Source: Alphaproteobacteria bacterium (lineage in GTDB: Bacteria > Pseudomonadota > Alphaproteobacteria > G963923945). From it: 64,000 nt of DNA. The position numbers and the translations under genes were made by a program. Under the pieces are notes generated by a model. That model saw only the letters and a list, made by a program, of their open reading frames with translations, made no database searches and had not been told where the DNA came from. Positions 58,433-64,000 of this stretch are shown here, piece after piece (within the stretch, counting starts at the first letter, position 1; every line of letters begins with the position of its first letter). The stretch is taken from NCBI GenBank assembly GCA_963923945.1, contig OZ000551.1, forward strand, positions 1,890,605 to 1,954,604, written 5' to 3'.

Positions 58433-59674
58433 ATGGCTTTGATGATTCCTTTATCTCCTTTTGCTCCAGAAAAATTTCCCACTCTTCCGGCTCTTGCTGG
58501 AGTTCGTTTGGCCGCCACCGGCTGCGGGTTGCGTTATCAGGGGCGTTCGGATTTGACACTCATTTCCCTGGCTGATGGCACGACGGTCAGCGGTGTTCTT
58601 ACCCGTTCTCAAACCGCCAGCGCACCGGTCGAATGGTGTCGGCGTCATTTGCCATCCGGAGCCGCCCAAGCAGTGGTGATCAATGCCGGCAACGCCAATG
58701 CATTTACCGGCCGGGCCGGGGTCGAAGCGGTTGAAAAAACCGCCACAACTGCTGCTCAGGTATGCGGGATTGATCCCAGCGCAGTTCTGATTGCTTCAAC
58801 CGGTGTGATTGGAACGCCTCTTGATTCGCATAAGATTGTTGAAGCCCTTCCTGGTCTTGGTACAGATTTGGGATCATCGTCGGCCCATTGGGAGCAAGCC
58901 GCCCGGGCCATCATGACCACCGATACCTTTCCCAAGGGAGCCACCCGCCAAGCCCGTATCGGGACAACCACAGTGACCATCAATGGCATCGCCAAGGGGT
59001 CGGGGATGATTGCCCCGGATATGGCGACCATGTTGGCGTTTATTTTTACCGATGCTGCGATACCGGCCCCGATTCTCAATCAAGTGTTGAAACCATCATG
59101 TGAGCGGAGTTTCAATGCAATCAGCGTTGATGGTGATACCTCAACCAGTGATACGGTCTTGCTTTTTGCCACCGGCTGCGGGGCGGCCCATCGGCCGGTT
59201 GATCAACCGCATCTTTTAGATGATTTTTCCGAAAAATTGTATGATCTGATGCGTGATTTGGCTATACAAATCGTGCGCGATGGTGAGGGGATATCCAAAT
59301 TTGTGACGATTGATATCACCGGTGCAGCCAGTTGGCAGGCAGCCCGGCGTATCGGCTTATCGGTGGCCAGTTCACCTTTGGTCAAGACGGCGATTGCCGG
59401 TGAAGACCCGAACTGGGGACGCTTGGTGATGGCGGTTGGTAAAGCCGGTGAGCGGGCAGATCGTGATCGTTTGGAAATTGCGATTGGTGGTTTCCCCGTC
59501 GCCAGCCATGGTGCGGCGGTTGCCGATTATGATGAATCCCTGGTGGCGGCGTATATGAAAGGCAGAGAAATTTCTATCGCTATTGATGTCGGGGTTGGTT
59601 CTGCTGCCGCCCGAGTTTGGACTTGTGACCTCAGCCACGGTTATATTGATATTAATGCTGATTATCGTAGTTGA
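58433..59674 (+). CDS. argJ: bifunctional ornithine acetyltransferase/N-acetylglutamate synthase ArgJ
   Basis: NAGNANAFTG, KGSGMIAPDMATML, DGDTSTSD and INADYRS motifs. Confidence 0.98.
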   Translation: MALMIPLSPFAPEKFPTLPALAGVRLAATGCGLRYQGRSDLTLISLADGTTVSGVLTRSQTASAPVEWCRRHLPSGAAQAVVINAGNANAFTGRAGVEAVEKTATTAAQVCGIDPSAVLIASTGVIGTPLDSHKIVEALPGLGTDLGSSSAHWEQAARAIMTTDTFPKGATRQARIGTTTVTINGIAKGSGMIAPDMATMLAFIFTDAAIPAPILNQVLKPSCERSFNAISVDGDTSTSDTVLLFATGCGAAHRPVDQPHLLDDFSEKLYDLMRDLAIQIVRDGEGISKFVTIDITGAASWQAARRIGLSVASSPLVKTAIAGEDPNWGRLVMAVGKAGERADRDRLEIAIGGFPVASHGAAVADYDESLVAAYMKGREISIAIDVGVGSAAARVWTCDLSHGYIDINADYRS

Positions 59675-59714
59675 TGGCCCATAGGAATCATATTGACCAT
59701 AGGGATCACATGCG

Positions 59715-60119
59715 ATGTTGTTCTCCTCTGTTGCCGCGATTGCCCTGATTGATGCCGATGGCCGAGTCCTCCTGACCCGGCGGCCCAAACAGAAACCGAT
59801 GGCTGATCTTTGGGAATTTCCCGGAGGCAAGATCGAACAAGGAGAAACACCGGAGCAGTGCCTCATTCGTGAATTACGCGAAGAACTGGCCATTGATGTG
59901 AGCGAAAATTGTCTGGCTCCCCTGACGTTCAGCTCCCACCCCTATCAGGATTTTCACCTGTTGTTGTTGCTCTATGCCTGTCGCGTGTGGTCGGGAACCC
60001 CGATACCGATGGAAGGGCAAGAAACTGCCTGGGTTTATCCCCGCAAAATGAATAATCAAGAATACGTCATGCCGCCCGCCGATGTCCCGTTGATCGCCAT
60101 GTTACGTGATTGGGTTTAA
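59715..60119 (+). CDS. mutT: 8-oxo-dGTP diphosphatase MutT (Nudix)
   Basis: Nudix box WEFPGGKIEQGETPEQCLIRELREEL and MPPADVPL; located after argJ. Confidence 0.92.
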   Translation: MLFSSVAAIALIDADGRVLLTRRPKQKPMADLWEFPGGKIEQGETPEQCLIRELREELAIDVSENCLAPLTFSSHPYQDFHLLLLLYACRVWSGTPIPMEGQETAWVYPRKMNNQEYVMPPADVPLIAMLRDWV

Positions 60120-60272
60120 CCCGATTGGATTGAAGAGGCATATTCACACATTATTTGCGTTTTATAGGGCGTTTGGCCTATGCTCACAAATCCGATAGCC
60201 GATGAATACCCCGTATCAGATAAACAAGGAGTCAAAGCGATGGTGAAAACATGCTGTGTTGATAAGCGAAAG

Positions 60273-61589
60273 ATGCGCCCGATGATGCGGGCGGTCTTTT
60301 GGTGTTGTCTTTTGCTGATCGGCCTCTTGATGACCCATACCGAGTTGCGAGCCGATGAACCCTGTCAGTCTCCTTATATGGCCAAAATCACCGGTCATGA
60401 AGATTTTGTCTATGTCTGGACTTTGGGCATGGAAGGGGTTGGTGATGAATCCGATAAACTGGTTACCGTCGATGTCCGTCCCAATTCTCCAACCTATGGG
60501 ACGGTCATTGATACGGTGTCGGTGGGGGGACGTAACGAAGCCCATCATGGTGGTTTTTCGGATGATCGGCGTTATTTTTGGGCCGGTGGTTTATCGACCA
60601 ATAAAATTTTTATCTTTGATGTTCATAGCAATCCGGCTTCCCCTAAGCTGGATAAAGTGATTGATACTTTTGTTGCTGATAGCGGTGGGGCTGTGGGGCC
60701 GCATACATTTTACGCCTTGCCTGGCCGGATGATGATCTCGGCCCTATCCAACAGCCGCAATGAGGGGGGCTACACCGCCTTGGTCGAATACACCAATAAC
60801 GGCACCTATGTTGCCACCCATTGGATGCCGACCCAACAAGATCCGCGTGGGGCGGAATTGGCTGATGGTTTTGCCGACGGCTATGGTTATGACATTCGCG
60901 CCTTGGCCCGTAAAAATGTCATGCTGACATCATCTTTTACCGGTTATTCCAACTATATGATGGATTTCGGGGAGATGCTGGCTGATGAGGCGGCAATGGC
61001 TCGTTTTGGCCAAAGCATGGTTTTATGGGATCTGCATACCCGCCAGCCGCGAAAGGTTTTCCATGTTCCTGGGGCGCCTTTGGAGATTCGCTTTGCCTGG
61101 GGTGATGACCGCAACTATGCCTTCACCAGCACCGCCCTGACATCGAAACTCTGGTTGGTGTATGAAGATGAAAACGGCGAATGGCAAGCCAAGGAAGTGG
61201 CCGATATTGGTGATCCAGAAGCGGTTCCTCTGCCGGTTGATATCAGCATCAGCTCCGATGATCAGCGCCTTTGGGTCGATACATTTCTGGACGGCAAGAC
61301 TCGCTTGTTTGACATTTCTGACCCCCATAATCCGGTCCAGGTTTATGAGAAGCAAATTGGCTCTCAGGTCAATATGGTTTCCCAAAGCTGGGATGGTGAG
61401 CGGCTGTATTTCACCAGCTCATTACTGGCCAATTGGGATAAAAAAGGGGACGATGATCAGCAATATCTCAAGGCCTATCGTTGGGATGGTAAAGAACTCA
61501 TCCTTGATTTCGAAATTGATTTCAAAAAGGAAAATTTAGGCCGGTCGCATATCATGCGTTTTGGCAGCGATGACCTTTATGAAGGGTGA
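60273..61589 (+). CDS. mtoX: SBP56-family methanethiol oxidase, periplasmic
   Basis: Signal peptide, then DEPCQSPY; YVWTLG, EAHH, GPHT, GYGYD, PLEIR and SSLLANWD motifs; followed by SCO. ORF open from 60180. Confidence 0.88.
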   Translation: MRPMMRAVFWCCLLLIGLLMTHTELRADEPCQSPYMAKITGHEDFVYVWTLGMEGVGDESDKLVTVDVRPNSPTYGTVIDTVSVGGRNEAHHGGFSDDRRYFWAGGLSTNKIFIFDVHSNPASPKLDKVIDTFVADSGGAVGPHTFYALPGRMMISALSNSRNEGGYTALVEYTNNGTYVATHWMPTQQDPRGAELADGFADGYGYDIRALARKNVMLTSSFTGYSNYMMDFGEMLADEAAMARFGQSMVLWDLHTRQPRKVFHVPGAPLEIRFAWGDDRNYAFTSTALTSKLWLVYEDENGEWQAKEVADIGDPEAVPLPVDISISSDDQRLWVDTFLDGKTRLFDISDPHNPVQVYEKQIGSQVNMVSQSWDGERLYFTSSLLANWDKKGDDDQQYLKAYRWDGKELILDFEIDFKKENLGRSHIMRFGSDDLYEG

Positions 61590-62530
61590 GCGGCTTTGCG
61601 CCTACATTGGCTCATGAAACTGCCAATGACGACAAAGGCAACGGCAATATTGTGGCGGCCATGAAAAAATCCCCCATCATGCTGGTGATTTTTCTGGCTC
61701 TGCTGGCTTCTGGGGCCGGGGGGTATTTTTTCTGGCAATTCTCTCCACAACCGGGTGCGGATCAAAAGCCGCCGGGTGAGAAAAAACTGCTCAGCGAGCA
61801 GACCCGCAGTTGGCCGCTGGCGTTCCCTCTGGTTGATGGCTATCTTTTGCCCGCGGTGGGGAGCTATGATTTGCCACCGTTGCAACCGGCCCCGGATGGT
61901 TTATTGCTTGATCCACAGGGGGATATTCAGCATTTGCATGCTGTTCTTGATGGACGGGTTTCTCTGGTTTCTTTTGTTTATTTGCTGTGCGGGGATACCA
62001 ATGGCTGTCCCTTGGCCACCTCAATTTTATATGAACTCTATCATACCAGCGCCAAGATACCGGCTCTGTCGGATCATCTGCAGCTGATCACGGTGAGTTT
62101 TGATCCCGGGCGTGATACGCCGGAAGTGTTGCAGAGTTTTTTCTATCCCTTGTCCTCTGATCCCCGGCGGCATGATAAAATTCCTTGGTCAATTTTTACC
62201 TCACCATCGGAAAAAGAGATGCGGTCACTGACCAATGGATTCGGTCAAGTGGTGGATCGGCGTCCGGATAGTGATGTGATCCAGCATCTGTTGCGGATGT
62301 ATTTGATTGATCGCCAAGGCCGGGTTCGCAATATCTATGGCTTGGGCATGATTGATCCGGCTTTGATCATGAGTGATGTGGTCACTTTGATCATGGAAGA
62401 TCAAGAGATCGCGCAAGAAGAATCGGCCGCTAAAGCAGACACCAACAAAGCAGACACCAACAAAATAGAAACCAATAAAGCCAGAGCCCCCTCTGACCGT
62501 ATACAGATGTCTTTCCCCTCGGCCGGCTGA
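61586..62530 (+). CDS. SCO1/SenC-family copper chaperone associated with mtoX
   Basis: CGDTNGCP, SFDP.RDTPE and H.LR.YLID..GRVRNIY motifs; GTGA overlap with mtoX; KADTN repeat tail. Confidence 0.88.
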   Translation: MSGFAPTLAHETANDDKGNGNIVAAMKKSPIMLVIFLALLASGAGGYFFWQFSPQPGADQKPPGEKKLLSEQTRSWPLAFPLVDGYLLPAVGSYDLPPLQPAPDGLLLDPQGDIQHLHAVLDGRVSLVSFVYLLCGDTNGCPLATSILYELYHTSAKIPALSDHLQLITVSFDPGRDTPEVLQSFFYPLSSDPRRHDKIPWSIFTSPSEKEMRSLTNGFGQVVDRRPDSDVIQHLLRMYLIDRQGRVRNIYGLGMIDPALIMSDVVTLIMEDQEIAQEESAAKADTNKADTNKIETNKARAPSDRIQMSFPSAG

Positions 62531-62621
62531 TGGGGTGCGTTGGCCCAGTAATGAGGATGCTTCGATGCGGTTGTCTGCAATCCGTCCGATGAGGGGATGA
62601 AAATTGCTGGTTTCACTTTGG

Positions 62622-63467
62622 TTATGTGCCTGGGGGGAGTGAGTTTTCACCAGGTGCCCAGGCGGTGAGAGTTAAGATATGGAAGCGGGCGGCGATCCGG
62701 CCATCGGGATGGCGGTCTTTATAGAGGTCTTCGGCCCGTGAGAAGAGAGCCCGTCGGTCCAGGGCGCGGTGGCGGTGGATGAGGATATTGGTTTCAGCCA
62801 TGCCGCGCAAATCATGCATCAGATGACCGATGTTGTTGTAGGTGACGGTGATGGCTTCATCATCGACCACCGGTTGAATAAAACCGGCCCGTTGCAACAG
62901 GGTACCGGCATCACGGATATCTGTGAATGGTGCGATGCGCGGCCTGGCCCCGCCATAGAGTTCAATTTCAGCTTCGGTCAAGGCGGCCCGTAAAGCCCCC
63001 AAGGTGGGGCCGCCAAAAAAATTGGTGAGCAGCATTCCATCCGGGGCCAGGAGGTGGCGGAATTGAGCCAACGTTCCGGGCAGATCATTGATGCTATGAA
63101 GACTTAAGCATCCGGTGATCAGGTTGAAGCTCTGTTCGGCAAAGGGCAGTGCTTCCTCGTCGGCTACCAGAGATAGGGTGCGTGAGGATGGGAACTTATT
63201 CCGGGTGGTGCGGGCAAATTCCAGGGCCAAGTCCGTGGTGATGATCTGTTGAGAGGTTGATCGTTTAAGAATATGGCGGGTCCATTCACCGGCCCGGCAG
63301 CCAAAATCAAGGACCCGCTTAAAAGTTTGGTTGGTGAGTTCCAGCCGTTCAGCCAGTCGATTGGCGGCAGTATAATGTAGAAAATTATAGGCCTCCCAGT
63401 GACGTGCTGAGCGATTGCGCCGATGGCGCAGCAACCGCCGGTCAAATATCAGCGGGACAGAAGTCAT
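62622..63467 (-). CDS. SAM-dependent methyltransferase (BioC/NDUFAF5-like)
   Basis: IFDR, LDFGC..G, ADEEALPF, LH.INDLPG, LLQRAGF..PVVD and DLRGMAE motifs. Confidence 0.9.
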   Translation of the reverse strand: MTSVPLIFDRRLLRHRRNRSARHWEAYNFLHYTAANRLAERLELTNQTFKRVLDFGCRAGEWTRHILKRSTSQQIITTDLALEFARTTRNKFPSSRTLSLVADEEALPFAEQSFNLITGCLSLHSINDLPGTLAQFRHLLAPDGMLLTNFFGGPTLGALRAALTEAEIELYGGARPRIAPFTDIRDAGTLLQRAGFIQPVVDDEAITVTYNNIGHLMHDLRGMAETNILIHRHRALDRRALFSRAEDLYKDRHPDGRIAARFHILTLTAWAPGENSLPPGT

Positions 63468-63670
63468 AAAAAGTGATGATTGTTTTGATCATGATTGTCT
63501 TTAGGATGAATATGTATGGATGGCACCAAAAAACTGCGCTTACCTTTTGTTTGCCGATGACATATGTCGATGTTTTCCGATACCCTATCAGCAGGATTTT
63601 AAGGGTGTTTGTTGTCAAAATCAGCCATGATGAATTTTTTCATAAAGTCGGGCCATAAGACCCGGTTGGT

Positions 63671-64000
63671 ATGATGATGGGGTATGGCAACCGGATCAAG
63701 AGTCGGTCAATCGGCCATTGGGTCGCCATGCTGGGACGTAGCACCCGATTTTTGGATGCGTTTTTGCCGCCCTTATGTCTTTCTTGTGCCGTACCAATTT
63801 CGGGTCAAGCCGGTTTATGTCCGTCATGCTACCGCGATATTGGGTTTATCCATCCGCCGATTTGTCCTTTATGTGGACGTCGGGTGTCGCGGGTGTCGCG
63901 GGTGTCGCGGGGATCATCCTGTCTGGGGTGTCGTTCTGCGAAGAATCCGGTGACCCGCTATCGCACAGTTTTTGATTATGATGCCGCCAGCCGTGGTTTG
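63671..64000 (+). CDS. comF: ComF-family amidophosphoribosyltransferase-like protein, N-terminal double zinc ribbon (runs off the window)
   Basis: LPPLCLSC..GLCPSC..PICPLCG..CLGC; divergent from the BioC-like gene, the usual alphaproteobacterial arrangement. Confidence 0.85.
   Translation, partial: MMMGYGNRIKSRSIGHWVAMLGRSTRFLDAFLPPLCLSCAVPISGQAGLCPSCYRDIGFIHPPICPLCGRRVSRVSRVSRGSSCLGCRSAKNPVTRYRTVFDYDAASRGL

Overview
Chromosomal window from an alphaproteobacterium with Rhodospirillales-like gene content, probably marine and host-associated (inference). Core genes include an M16 peptidase pair, pgi, mutL, rsmD, rluB, rpoH, pyrC, sfsA, map, radC, purB, pyrD, secA, argJ, mutT, a BioC-like methyltransferase, comF, tRNA-Ser(CGA) and tRNA-Leu(TAA). 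Five accessory features stand out. (1) A 3881-aa Ig-repeat autotransporter adhesin, whose 2-kb upstream region carries four different tandem arrays: (TAGGCTC)17 flanked by two -10-like boxes, a 14-bp repeat, about 4.2 copies of a 125-bp unit that folds into hairpins on the adhesin strand, and about 3.3 copies of a ~100-bp T-tract unit. (2) A SOUL/DUF423/cydAB/DUF2474/two-photolyase cassette beside tRNA-Ser. (3) A decaying region beside tRNA-Leu, holding a proline-rich YopT/C58-like protease pseudogene and a broken cbb3-oxidase assembly (fixGHIS) and Crp-Fnr locus. (4) A methanethiol oxidase (mtoX)-SCO pair with no adjacent mauG and an apparent Trp-to-Tyr change at a putative TTQ site. (5) A 16-bp minisatellite that forms a chain of ATGA-overlapping mini-ORFs leading into rluB. 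All family assignments come from motifs recognised by eye; no database searches or folding programs were run.
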